Shown: positions 35,991 through 45,953 of the stretch, piece after piece | Layout of the letters: each line of letters begins with the position of its first letter | Numbering within the stretch: the stretch's first letter is position 1 | Source: Clostridiales bacterium | GTDB lineage: Bacteria > Bacillota > Clostridia > Christensenellales > DTU072 | Direction: 5' to 3' | Assembly (NCBI GenBank): GCA_012799455.1 | Contig: JAAZLE010000084.1 | Coordinates: 16,390 to 80,389, forward strand | DNA length: 64,000 nucleotides | Notes under the pieces: model-generated | Database searches by the model: none | The model's input: the letters and a program-made list of their open reading frames with translations, nothing else | Told to the model about the DNA's origin: nothing | Translations under genes and position numbers: made by a program

Positions 35991-36725
35991 ATGTTAAATA
36001 AGGACGAATTATTTTTAGATTTACAATGTGATGGACTGCAATTAATACAATCTCCTTCAGGGTATTGTTTTACTACAGACGCCGTGCTACTTGCTTCTAT
36101 GGTAAGAGCTAATGCTAAGGAAAATATTTTAGAATTAGGTTCTGGCTCGGGCGTTATTAGTATTTTATTATCTAAAAAAACTAAGGCAAAAAAAATTATT
36201 GGGATTGAAATACAAGAAAGACTATATAGTATGTCGTTACGCTCATTGGCAATCAACAATTTGGGAGATAGAGTTTCTTTTATAAATGATGATATAAAAA
36301 ATGCAATAAAACTATTTGGTAATGCGTCGCAAGATGTGATTATAGTAAACCCTCCATATGAAAAATATCAACTTAAAAGAAAGCCTACGGAAAGAGATAT
36401 CGCAAAGTTTGAAGTTCTTATTTCGTTAGAAGAAATGATTACAATATCAGCGAATCTCCTTAAAAACGGTGGCAGATTTTATATGGTCATTAAAGCAAGC
36501 AGATTAGGAGATGTTTTTCATAACATGAAAAAAAGTGGAATAGAACCCAAAAGGTTGGTTTCAGTACAAGCTAGAAAAGATTCGCCTATAGAAATATGCT
36601 TAATAGAAGGAAAAAAACAAGGAAGAAGTGGGATGATAGTGGATAGGCCAATAGTTTTACAAGATGAGTTTGGGAAAACATCACAAGATGTTGAAGAAAT
36701 ATATTCAGGAAAACGAAAGATATAG
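35991..36725 (+). CDS. SAM-dependent methyltransferase, tRNA (adenine-N6) TrmN6/YfiC/YabB-like
   Basis: SAM motif ILELGSGSGVIS and catalytic IIVNPPY. The start MLNKDELFLDLQCDGLQLIQ is collinear with YabB-like N-termini. The ORF-track start at 35898 adds 31 aa with no homology signal. Confidence 0.75.
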   Translation: MLNKDELFLDLQCDGLQLIQSPSGYCFTTDAVLLASMVRANAKENILELGSGSGVISILLSKKTKAKKIIGIEIQERLYSMSLRSLAINNLGDRVSFINDDIKNAIKLFGNASQDVIIVNPPYEKYQLKRKPTERDIAKFEVLISLEEMITISANLLKNGGRFYMVIKASRLGDVFHNMKKSGIEPKRLVSVQARKDSPIEICLIEGKKQGRSGMIVDRPIVLQDEFGKTSQDVEEIYSGKRKI

Positions 36726-36744
36726 ATTAACAAAGAGAGGAAAA

Positions 36745-37548
36745 ATGTTAGGAACTTTATTTATTGTTGGTACACCTATAGGTAATTTGGAAGACTTGAG
36801 TTTTAGGGCAAAGAAGATACTGTCTACAGTTGAATACGTTGTATGTGAAGACACGAGGCATACAGGGAAATTATTATCGTACTATGACATTAAAACAAAA
36901 ACACTATCCCATCATAAGTTTAATGAAAGAGCATCATTAAACGTTATTTTAGATATATTATACAGTGGGAAAGATGTTGCATTAGTTAGTGATGCAGGGA
37001 TGCCTGGCATATGTGATCCTGGAGCACTATTGATAACAGAGGCACGTAAACAAGGTATAAAAACAGAAACCGTACCAGGGCCAACTGCGGTTACGACAGC
37101 AATATCGTTGTCTGGTCTTCAGTCATCAGGATTTATTTTTATAGGTTTTTTACCTGAAAAAGAAAAAGCAAGAGCAAAGGTTTTGATGGAGTTTAAAAAC
37201 GCTTCCCTTCCGGTTGTATTATATTGTGCTCCTCATGATTTAGATAAAGTAGCAAAGTTATTAATTGATATGTATGGCAATCGAGAGGTAATTGTTACAA
37301 AAGAACTGACGAAAATGTTCGAAAGCGTTTATGAAGGTAAAATATCTGAGTTGGAAATAAATAGGAAGGGGGAATTTGTTATAATTGTTCTTCCTGAGGA
37401 GAAGATTATAACAGACAATGACATTATAGAAAAATTAAGTCAAGCTATGGAAGGTGGAATGAAACGCTCTGAGGCGGTAAGTAACGTTGCAAAAATGTTA
37501 GAAGTTCCGAAGAATAAGGTATACGATATTAGTACACAAATGAAGTAG
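36745..37548 (+). CDS. rsmI: 16S rRNA (cytidine1402-2'-O)-methyltransferase
   Basis: MLGTLFIVGTPIGNLEDLSFRA... and SDAGMPGICDPG motifs. RBS AGAGAGG upstream of the ATG at 36745. Confidence 0.9.
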   Translation: MLGTLFIVGTPIGNLEDLSFRAKKILSTVEYVVCEDTRHTGKLLSYYDIKTKTLSHHKFNERASLNVILDILYSGKDVALVSDAGMPGICDPGALLITEARKQGIKTETVPGPTAVTTAISLSGLQSSGFIFIGFLPEKEKARAKVLMEFKNASLPVVLYCAPHDLDKVAKLLIDMYGNREVIVTKELTKMFESVYEGKISELEINRKGEFVIIVLPEEKIITDNDIIEKLSQAMEGGMKRSEAVSNVAKMLEVPKNKVYDISTQMK

Positions 37549-37733
37549 TGGCATAAAAATTGTTGCTATAGCTACGAATCATACGCGATTAGGATTAAAT
37601 CAATCAAAAATTTATATACCAAAACTTAATAGTTTAGGTAAGGTATGAGACGAGTAACAAGAATTGTAATTGTAGTAAGAAAGTGTTAATATACTTACTA
37701 ACAGACATCATTTTATATTATAAGGAGAAAAAT

Positions 37734-39434
37734 ATGAAGACACGTTGGTATAAAGATGCAGTTTTTTATCAAATATATCCTCGCAGTTTTTGTGATAGCA
37801 ATGGGGACGGGATTGGTGACATAAGAGGTATAATCAGCAAACTAGATTATCTCAAGGAATTAGGGGTTAATGCAGTTTGGTTATCTCCTGTTTATAAATC
37901 TCCTAATTTTGATAATGGCTATGACATTTCTAATTATCGTGAAATTAATCCAGAGTTTGGTACTATGGAAGATTTCAAAGAAATGTTAGATGGGATGCAT
38001 GAAAGAGGCATTAAACTTGTAATGGACTTGGTAGTTAATCATAGTTCAGATGAACATTACTGGTTCCAAGAAAGCAAAAAGAGTAAAGATAACCCATATA
38101 GAGATTACTATATTTGGCGTAAAGGAAGAGGAAAAAATGGAAAGAAACCACCAAACAACTGGACATCTAGATTTACAGGGAATGCTTGGACATATGACGA
38201 GACGACAGAAGAGTGGTATTTGCATTTGTTTACAAAAAAGCAACCAGATTTAAACTGGGATAATCCAAAGGTTAGACAGGAAGTAGTAGATATATGTAAC
38301 TTTTGGTTTGAAATGGGCGTTGATGGGTTCCGTTGTGACGTTATTACCTATATTAGCAAAGCTGAAGGATTGCCTGATGGAAAAGGACTACCCATCTTAC
38401 GTGGAGATGAACATTTCGTATTAGGCCCCAATATTCATAAATATCTTAATGAAATTAATCAAAAGTCATGGTCAAAATATGATACCTTAATAGTCGGAGA
38501 GGCTATTGGCACTACTCATAAAGAAGCACAGTCAATAATTGCAGAGGATAGAAATGAATTAGATAGTGCAATTACATTTGAATTGGTACAAGTAGATTTT
38601 AAATGGGATTTTCTACCATTAAAATTCAACTTGAAGAAATTTAAGGCTGTTCAAGCGGGTTGGCAGAATCTACCTCAAAATTGTTTCCCGACACTATACT
38701 ATGAAAACCATGACCAGCCAAGAAGTATAACAAGATATGGTAATGGTTTCGGCATCTATAGAAAAGAGCTAGGGAAAATGTTAGCTGTTTCTTATTTTAT
38801 GCTCAGAGGTACACCATATGTATATCAAGGTCAAGAAATAGGGATGACTAATATATACTTGAAGGAAGAAGAATATATAGATGTTATGGCCCGTCAGGTA
38901 TTTGGCACAATGAGAAAGGTGTTTCCGCCACTAATGCCGTTTGCAAGATGGGCAATGAGCAAAAGAGCAAGAGATCATGCACGTACGCCTATGCAGTGGA
39001 GTGCAGCACCAGGAGCTGGGTTCACGGATGGTACTCCCTGGATGAAGATTAACCCAAATCATGGTGATATTAACGTTCATGCGGAAATGAAAAATTCTAA
39101 TTCTATATGGCATTTCTATAAAAAGCTCATTGAATTTAGAAAAAACAATGAGATTATTAGAGATGGTGAATACATTGATCATGCGCCCAATAACAAGTCT
39201 ATTTTTTGCTTTGAAAGAAAGTTAGGTGATGTAAGATATGTAGTTATATGTAATTTCAAGGAGAAGACGGTTGCATTTAATGATGTATATAAAATAGGTG
39301 CAAAGGGTGCTAAGTTAATAATTTCAAACTATGATAACGCACAAAATGAGATACTCGGCGACGGTATCACTTTAAAACCTTATGAGGTTGCAGTTTTCGA
39401 ATATGGTAATAGTGCTTCGAAAAGAATAATATAA
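37734..39434 (+). CDS. GH13 alpha-glucosidase (oligo-1,6-glucosidase / trehalose-6-P hydrolase type)
   Basis: WYKDAVFYQIYPRSF, DLVVNHSS, GVDGFRCDVI, GEAIG and YYENHDQPR conserved regions. RBS AAGGAG upstream of the ATG at 37734. Confidence 0.85.
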   Translation: MKTRWYKDAVFYQIYPRSFCDSNGDGIGDIRGIISKLDYLKELGVNAVWLSPVYKSPNFDNGYDISNYREINPEFGTMEDFKEMLDGMHERGIKLVMDLVVNHSSDEHYWFQESKKSKDNPYRDYYIWRKGRGKNGKKPPNNWTSRFTGNAWTYDETTEEWYLHLFTKKQPDLNWDNPKVRQEVVDICNFWFEMGVDGFRCDVITYISKAEGLPDGKGLPILRGDEHFVLGPNIHKYLNEINQKSWSKYDTLIVGEAIGTTHKEAQSIIAEDRNELDSAITFELVQVDFKWDFLPLKFNLKKFKAVQAGWQNLPQNCFPTLYYENHDQPRSITRYGNGFGIYRKELGKMLAVSYFMLRGTPYVYQGQEIGMTNIYLKEEEYIDVMARQVFGTMRKVFPPLMPFARWAMSKRARDHARTPMQWSAAPGAGFTDGTPWMKINPNHGDINVHAEMKNSNSIWHFYKKLIEFRKNNEIIRDGEYIDHAPNNKSIFCFERKLGDVRYVVICNFKEKTVAFNDVYKIGAKGAKLIISNYDNAQNEILGDGITLKPYEVAVFEYGNSASKRII

Positions 39435-39459
39435 AGAATAATATGATATGTTTCTTATT

Positions 39460-39498
39460 AAAAAAAGAGGGGCTAACAGAGCCCCTCTTCTTTGTTTT
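39460..39498. terminator. bidirectional intrinsic terminator between convergent GH13 gene and gap
   Basis: AAAAAAAGAGGGGC-TAACAGA-GCCCCTCTTCTTTGTTTT. GC-rich 9-bp stem flanked by A- and T-tracts. Confidence 0.85.
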
Positions 39499-39512
39499 AG
39501 ATTATTAAATAA

Positions 39513-40532
39513 TTATTTAAGATTTGATAGATATTTAATGGTTCTAACCATTTGAGATGTATATCCATTTTCGTTGTCATACCAGCTTGTAATTTTTACT
39601 AGGCTTTTCCCACCATCTAATTTGGTTACTTTCGTTAATGTTGCATCGAAGAGAGCTCCGTATGTGGAACCAATTATATCCGTAGAAACGATTTCATCTT
39701 CGGTATACCCAAAACTATCGTTTGCGGCAGTTTTCATAACAGCATTAATCTCTTCTGCTGTCACTTGTTTAGAGGTAACTGCAACGAGTTCGGTAATTGA
39801 GCCACTAGCAGTAGGGACTCTTTGTGCTGCACCATCTAACTTGCCAGCAAGTTCAGGAATGACTAAGCCAATAGCTTTTGCAGCGCCGGTTGTGTTTGGA
39901 ACAATATTGATAGCTGCAGCTCTCGCTCTTCTTAAGTTGCCTTTACGATGTGGGCCATCTAGAATCATTTGATCTCCAGTGTAAGCATGAATTGTAGTCA
40001 TAAAGCCTTTCTCAATATTAGCCAGTTTGTGTAATTCATTTGTCATAGGAGCTAGACAGTTTGTAGTACATGATGCTGCCGATACAATAGTATCAGAAGC
40101 CTTTAGGGTGCCTTCGTTGACCGAATAAACTATGGTTGGCAAATCATTTCCGGCAGGAGCTGAAATAACAACTTTTTTTGCGCCTGCATCTATGTGTGCT
40201 TGTGCTTTTGCCTTTGAAGTATAGAAGCCTGTGCATTCAAGAACTACATCGACACCAATTTCTTTCCAGGGTAATTCGCTTGCGTTAGCAATAGCAAATA
40301 TTGGAATGTTTTTACCATCTACAACAATCCCGTTATCAGACAAAGATACTTTGTCAGCTAGGGCATATCTTCCTTGGACTGAATCATATTTTAATAGATG
40401 TGCTAACATTTTAGCATCTGTTAAATCGTTAATGGCGACAACTTCATAGCCAGGTGCATTGAACATTTGTCTAAAAGCCAAGCGGCCTATTCTACCGAAA
40501 CCATTAATAGCTACTCTTACATTTTTTGACAT
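39513..40532 (-). CDS. gap: glyceraldehyde-3-phosphate dehydrogenase
   Basis: [17 protein letters not shown] and the active site SCTTNC. The ATG at 40532 has GGAGGT upstream. The ORF-track start at 40604 adds 24 spurious residues. Confidence 0.95.
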   Translation of the reverse strand: MSKNVRVAINGFGRIGRLAFRQMFNAPGYEVVAINDLTDAKMLAHLLKYDSVQGRYALADKVSLSDNGIVVDGKNIPIFAIANASELPWKEIGVDVVLECTGFYTSKAKAQAHIDAGAKKVVISAPAGNDLPTIVYSVNEGTLKASDTIVSAASCTTNCLAPMTNELHKLANIEKGFMTTIHAYTGDQMILDGPHRKGNLRRARAAAINIVPNTTGAAKAIGLVIPELAGKLDGAAQRVPTASGSITELVAVTSKQVTAEEINAVMKTAANDSFGYTEDEIVSTDIIGSTYGALFDATLTKVTKLDGGKSLVKITSWYDNENGYTSQMVRTIKYLSNLK

Positions 40533-40749
40533 ATAGAACCTCCAAATTGAAAAATTAATTAATATTGGTAAATATGTTATTACCAGTGTTAATTCTACTA
40601 TCATGAATGTTTTTTGGCAACTGTTTAGGACTATGTTATAAGGGATTTTCTAAACGATATTAAGATTGATGATGAATATATTTTTGCGAAAACAAGAATC
40701 GTAGGTCTGATAATAGTTTTATTGCAAATAAAAAGAATTAAGTGAACAA

Positions 40750-40796
40750 ATAAATTAAAAATAATAGCACGCCCTTTTGTTTGAAAAGGGCGTGCT
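40750..40796 (-). terminator. intrinsic terminator of leuS
   Basis: A 13-bp stem, AGCACGCCCTTTT/AAAAGGGCGTGCT (40766-40796), is followed on the minus strand by ATTATTTTTAATTT. Confidence 0.85.
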
Positions 40797-40822
40797 AAGG
40801 TTTGTATAAGGAACAAGTATTG

Positions 40823-43228
40823 CTAGTTAGCAATGATATTGATTATTCTATCTTTAACAAATATAACTTTTCTAACAGATTTTCCCTCGAGGCAGCCTGT
40901 TTGTTTAACAGCTTCCATAACCGTTTCTTCATTTGAACCTGTAGGCACTAATACACGCGCCCTTAATTTACCCATTATTTGTACAGGTATTTCGATTTCA
41001 TCAGCAATGATTTTTGCAGGATCAAATACAGGGTATTTTGCATCGGTAATTTGTGATTTGTTCAAGTTATAAAAGACTTCACTGGTTATATGCGGGGCTA
41101 CTGGATTTAACAATAGGGCGATGGTATTAATTTCATGTAATGTTGCGGCACCCCGTGAATAGATTGTATTTAGTGCTGTCATCAAATATGCAATAGCAGT
41201 GTTGAATTTCCCTGCCTCATAATCATCGCTTACATTTTTTATTAGTAGGTCTAAGTTCAAATCGCTTGTATCAATATTGTCTTTAGTGATAAGTTTTTGA
41301 GCTGCCCAAAATCTGTTTGCAAATCGCTGACATCCTTTTATACCGTCTGGCGACCATGCAGCAGGCTTTTCATAGTCCCCTATAAAAAGGATAAACAAGC
41401 GTAAAACATCTGCTCCATACTCTTTTATGACATCATCCGGGTTTACTACATTACCACGAGATTTACTCATTTTTTCTCCATCTGCCCCCAAGATAAGACC
41501 CTGAGCTGAGCGACGGATATATGGTTCTTTATGAGTTACAACCCCTATGTCAAAAAGAAATTGGTTCCAAAACCTTGAGTATATTAAGTGACGTGTAACA
41601 TGTTCCATTCCGCCATTGTACCAGTCCACTTGTCCCCAGTATGAGTAGGAATTAGGGTTAACTAAGTGTTCACTATCATGAGGACTCATATATCTTAAAA
41701 AATACCAGCTACTTCCCGCCCATTGTGGCATGGTATCGGTTTCTCGCGTTGCAGGTCCACCGCATATAGGACAAGTTGTGTTTACCCAGTCTACACACTT
41801 TTTGAGAGGGGAACTGGCGTCATCAGTGGGCGATATGTCTTTAAGATCAGGAAGAACTAGAGGTAGTTCATTTTCTTGAACTGGGACTTGTCCACATGAG
41901 GGGCAGTTTATTATTGGAATGGGCTCTCCCCAATATCTTTGTCTGTTAAAGGCCCAATCCTTCATTTTATAGTCGGTCTTTGGATATCCAACGTGTAACC
42001 TAGCCATTTCTTTAATAATTTTACTGATAGCTTGTGGTACGGTTAGGCCGTTAATCAGAGGGGAGTTAACCAATATACCTTCTTCATCTTTCTCCACATA
42101 TGGTTCTTCTTGAACGTTTAATGAACTTTTTATTACTTCAATAATGGGAAGATCATATGCTTTTGCAAAATCCCAGTCTCTTTTATCATGTGCTGGCACT
42201 GCCATTATTGCTCCAGTACCATAGTCCATCATTACATAGTCGGCAGTGAATACAGGTATGGTTGTTCCAGTAATTGGGTTTACTGCATATAGTCCCTTTA
42301 AAAGCAACCCAGTTTTATCTTTATTTAGTTGAGTTCGCTCTAATTCTTTTTTTAGTTTAGCCTTCGCTTGGTATTCTTTTAATTCATCTAAATTTTCTAT
42401 TTCGGCTCCAAATTCATCTAGAATGGGGTGCTCAGGTGATATTACTAAAAAAGTAACACCATATATGGTATCTGGACGTGTTGTGTATACAACGATAGGA
42501 GAAGTCTTCTTACTCGAAACAATTTTAAAGGTAACGTCGGCTCCGTTTGATTTTCCGATCCAGTTTTCTTGTTCGGTTTTGATACGGTCTGGGAAGTTTA
42601 CTGTAGGTAAGCCAGATAATAATGATTCTGCATAGTTTCTAATTTTTAAGAACCAAACTTCTTTTTCCTTTTGTACTACTTCTGAGCCACAGCGGTCACA
42701 GATTCCCCCTTGGCTTTCTTCATTAGCAAGCACAACCTTGCAGTCTGGACAAAAATTTACTAGCGTTTTAGACTTATATGCCAATCCTTTTTTGAATAGC
42801 TGTATAAAAATCCACTGGGTCCACTTATAATAACTGGGGTCTGTTGTATCGACTACTCTGTCCCAATCAAAACTATAACCAACAGATTTTAGTTGTTTTT
42901 CAAACATCTTAATATTGTTATCTGTGACAACGCGTGGATGTTGTTTTGTTTGCAATGCATAGTTCTCAGTAGGGAGACCGAAAGCATCGTATCCAATAGG
43001 AAATAAAACGCTATATCCTTCTAAGCGTTTTTTTCTAGCTATAACTTCCATTGAAGAAAAAGCTCTAATGTGTCCAACATGAAGACCAGACCCGCTAGGA
43101 TACGGAAACTCTATTAAAGCATAGAATTTTTCTTTATTAGGGTCTTCTTTTGCAGCAAAAATATTGTTGTCATACCAGTATTTTTGCCATTTAGCTTCTA
43201 CCTTTTTAAAGTTATATTCGTTAATCAT
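40823..43228 (-). CDS. leuS: leucyl-tRNA synthetase
   Basis: HVGH (HIGH) and KMSKS motifs plus CP1 zinc-type Cys pairs. The ATG at 43228 has GAGGGA 7 nt upstream and is preferred over 43243. Confidence 0.95.
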   Translation of the reverse strand: MINEYNFKKVEAKWQKYWYDNNIFAAKEDPNKEKFYALIEFPYPSGSGLHVGHIRAFSSMEVIARKKRLEGYSVLFPIGYDAFGLPTENYALQTKQHPRVVTDNNIKMFEKQLKSVGYSFDWDRVVDTTDPSYYKWTQWIFIQLFKKGLAYKSKTLVNFCPDCKVVLANEESQGGICDRCGSEVVQKEKEVWFLKIRNYAESLLSGLPTVNFPDRIKTEQENWIGKSNGADVTFKIVSSKKTSPIVVYTTRPDTIYGVTFLVISPEHPILDEFGAEIENLDELKEYQAKAKLKKELERTQLNKDKTGLLLKGLYAVNPITGTTIPVFTADYVMMDYGTGAIMAVPAHDKRDWDFAKAYDLPIIEVIKSSLNVQEEPYVEKDEEGILVNSPLINGLTVPQAISKIIKEMARLHVGYPKTDYKMKDWAFNRQRYWGEPIPIINCPSCGQVPVQENELPLVLPDLKDISPTDDASSPLKKCVDWVNTTCPICGGPATRETDTMPQWAGSSWYFLRYMSPHDSEHLVNPNSYSYWGQVDWYNGGMEHVTRHLIYSRFWNQFLFDIGVVTHKEPYIRRSAQGLILGADGEKMSKSRGNVVNPDDVIKEYGADVLRLFILFIGDYEKPAAWSPDGIKGCQRFANRFWAAQKLITKDNIDTSDLNLDLLIKNVSDDYEAGKFNTAIAYLMTALNTIYSRGAATLHEINTIALLLNPVAPHITSEVFYNLNKSQITDAKYPVFDPAKIIADEIEIPVQIMGKLRARVLVPTGSNEETVMEAVKQTGCLEGKSVRKVIFVKDRIINIIAN

Positions 43229-43546
43229 AATTAAATCCCTCATTAATTTTTTAGTTTGTTAATAAATAATTTATAATAACTGCGAACTCGCTTCAATATT
43301 ATTCTTAATAGTTATTATCTATCTTGTACGCGCGAAAAGTAAAGTAAAATCAGGCAAAGTATAAGGTTTTGATAAAATACAAGAGATTTAGGAAAGGAAA
43401 ATAAGAATAAATGTTATTCTTCATTAATGTCGTTTCACAATATGAACACCCCGCCATCCTTGTATTATGCGGGCGCGTATTGTATAATAATTCAAGTTAT
43501 AAATGGTTCAGATGTCATAAACTCGTAGTTTTGCAAAAGGTGAATT

Positions 43547-45118
43547 TTGGATAAAGTAAAGAAAATTTTCAATAACAAATTTACTATGCTTGTTGCGCTT
43601 TTATTGCTAGTTATTTTTCTAGCAACTTCTATTGGTGTTATTGCCAACGAAAAAGGAAGTACGGTTGTAGGGACCATTACTGCAGATACCTATGTCAGCG
43701 AAAGAAATACTATTTATGAATTAGAAGTTCAAACTGAGTTTAAGAAGGGAGTTAAAGAGTTTATAATGGACTTTTTAGGAATTTCTACAGAATCACAACT
43801 CATGAGTTTTTTAGGTATAACTGACGAATCGTTAATTCGCGCCGATAGAGCATCATTTTTGTTAGATTGTTTTAGGAGGGCGGGCATATCAGCGGAAAAG
43901 GTATTAAGTTTTTCTAACTATATACGAAATGTTATAGATCCAAATGAGGTTTTATATCCAGATGAAGGTATAACTAAAGAAGAGCTAAAGGGAATAGTTG
44001 GCTTATGGGCGTTTTTCTGTGATGAAGGAGAATCTTATACAAACGATGAAGGAGCTGTAGTAGTACCATTAATTTTTAATCCCTCCGCCCATATCTTAAA
44101 ATTATTCAATTATAAATTGTATGCAAGTGTGTTTGATGAATTAGTAAGTAACACGATGCTGACCATTGATGAGATTGCAAAGGTTTTATACGAGATTATA
44201 TACTTAGGCAATAATAATTCAAATGACATTATAACTCGAAAAGATTTTGTAACGATTTTTAGGTCTTCTTCATATCTTGTATCAATGTTGTATGATTTTA
44301 GAGAAAAAGGTGGGTCTTTACCGCAAGCGAGACTTTTAGGAGAATTAGTTTATCAAACAGGCAGTGAACTGAATGATATGCTTAACAAAAACGGTATAGA
44401 TTACATACTAAATATGTTTGGTTTTTCTTCACCGCTTCCGTCTCTTGCAGAAGACCCTCGTTATGCTGGTAAAATCACAGACACTAATATTTTAGAAGCA
44501 CTTTCGAGATTAAATGATATTAGAGATTTGATAACATCAAACAGAGAATTAATGAAATTTGTTGTGATTACGGCTGTTGAAAGTATGCTGAAAATAGAAA
44601 ATGCAAGTTTTGAAGGAATTGCAAGGGTGAAAACTCCGGGCAACATTGATCCGGAACATCATAAATATGCTAGTATGATTTCATTTTCAAGATCACTTAA
44701 TCTGGGAATTCAAAAGGGATATTCGATAAGTGAAATTAATAATAACGAATTGTTAACACAAAAACTAATATCGATAATGACCGTGTCTCAAGGTATTGAT
44801 ACGCCGTTTACAGATGAGAGTGAGAAAATAAAATTTGAACAATCACTCTCAACAGAAATTGCTAATAACCTAGCTGCAATAGAGGGAGTAAATGAAAGGT
44901 TCTCACATATTATGAACGCGGCGGAGATAGCCAGTTTAACAGAAGCAGAACTTACGATATTGGGTGAATATTACGAAATCTTAACAGATTATACAGGCAC
45001 AGTATTAGGAGTGTATGAAAACTTACTGAGCACAATATTTGTGAATTCGGTATTAAATTTATACTTGCAGGCTCAAGACTTATTTTATAACTCAGAGGCT
45101 GATTCAAATGGCGCTTAA
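43547..45118 (+). CDS. hypothetical membrane-anchored protein (523 aa), no recognised domain
   Basis: TTG start with AAGGTGA 5 nt upstream. Single N-terminal TM helix (FTMLVALLLLVIFLATSIGVIA). The rest has a helical-looking composition and contains a short internal duplication, FLGISTESQL/FLGITDESLI. Confidence 0.6.
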   Translation: MDKVKKIFNNKFTMLVALLLLVIFLATSIGVIANEKGSTVVGTITADTYVSERNTIYELEVQTEFKKGVKEFIMDFLGISTESQLMSFLGITDESLIRADRASFLLDCFRRAGISAEKVLSFSNYIRNVIDPNEVLYPDEGITKEELKGIVGLWAFFCDEGESYTNDEGAVVVPLIFNPSAHILKLFNYKLYASVFDELVSNTMLTIDEIAKVLYEIIYLGNNNSNDIITRKDFVTIFRSSSYLVSMLYDFREKGGSLPQARLLGELVYQTGSELNDMLNKNGIDYILNMFGFSSPLPSLAEDPRYAGKITDTNILEALSRLNDIRDLITSNRELMKFVVITAVESMLKIENASFEGIARVKTPGNIDPEHHKYASMISFSRSLNLGIQKGYSISEINNNELLTQKLISIMTVSQGIDTPFTDESEKIKFEQSLSTEIANNLAAIEGVNERFSHIMNAAEIASLTEAELTILGEYYEILTDYTGTVLGVYENLLSTIFVNSVLNLYLQAQDLFYNSEADSNGA

Positions 45119-45202
45119 TATAAAGTAAGGTAAATGTTTTAAAGAAGAGTTGCACGGAAATAGCTCGTTAAAAGACATATAAAACAGATTCTGGAGAAAC
45201 TT

Positions 45203-45874
45203 ATGAGTATATTAGAATTAAAAAATGTAACAAAAAGCTTTGTTGACGGAATAAACGTCCTAGACAATGTCTCTCTAGCAGTAGAAAAAGGGGATTTTTT
45301 GTCTATAGAAGGAGCTTCAGGTTCGGGAAAATCAACATTATTAACCATTATGGGCGGGATAGATATGCCGACAGAAGGTCAGGTTCTGTTAAATGGTGTT
45401 GACATCACTGAGATGAAGGAAAGAGAGCTTGCAATCTTAAGGAGGAGGGAAATAGGGTTTGTTTTCCAGTTTTTTAACCTAGCACCATATCTCACTGTAA
45501 AAGAAAACATTTTGCTCCCCATTATTTTAGACGGAAAGAAAACTTCAGATTATGAAGATAGCGTTAAAGAAATTATGGAAAAGTTAGGCGTATTACAGTA
45601 TGCAAAAAGACTTCCATCTACTATTTCAGGCGGAGAACAGCAAAGAGTAGCTATAGCTCGTGGAATGATTTTTTCTCCTAGTATCTTATTGTTAGATGAA
45701 CCTACGGGGAACTTAGATAGTAAAAACAGCGTTGCTATTATGGAATTATTGAAAGAAATTAACGAACAAACGGGCACCACTATTGTACAAGTTACGCACA
45801 GCGTAGAGAACGCACTATACGGAAACAGAAGAGTTTTAATAAAAGACGGGATAGTCAAAAATGTAAAAATATAA
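45203..45874 (+). CDS. ABC transporter ATP-binding protein, MacB/LolD/FtsE family
   Basis: Walker A GASGSGKST, signature ISGGEQQR, Walker B LLLDEPTG. 223 aa. Confidence 0.9.
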   Translation: MSILELKNVTKSFVDGINVLDNVSLAVEKGDFLSIEGASGSGKSTLLTIMGGIDMPTEGQVLLNGVDITEMKERELAILRRREIGFVFQFFNLAPYLTVKENILLPIILDGKKTSDYEDSVKEIMEKLGVLQYAKRLPSTISGGEQQRVAIARGMIFSPSILLLDEPTGNLDSKNSVAIMELLKEINEQTGTTIVQVTHSVENALYGNRRVLIKDGIVKNVKI

Positions 45875-45953
45875 ACTTAAATAATGCATGTAAAACAAAA
45901 TTAAAGACCCAAATTGAATTGATTAGTTAATTAATAAAGGATAGAGGAAACAG

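Noticed and set aside
40631-40816. 61-aa minus-strand ORF between leuS and gap
   Set aside because: It spans the 13-bp-stem leuS terminator hairpin and the gap promoter region. It has no SD and a hydrophobic, low-complexity sequence.
43350-43424. 24-codon minus-strand ORF in the leuS leader (MKNNIYSYFPFLNLLYFIKTLYFA) as a possible Leu-sensing leader peptide
   Set aside because: It has no SD. Only 4 of 24 codons are Leu and they are not clustered in a run. The ORF overlaps the A/U hairpin, probably by chance in A/T-rich sequence.
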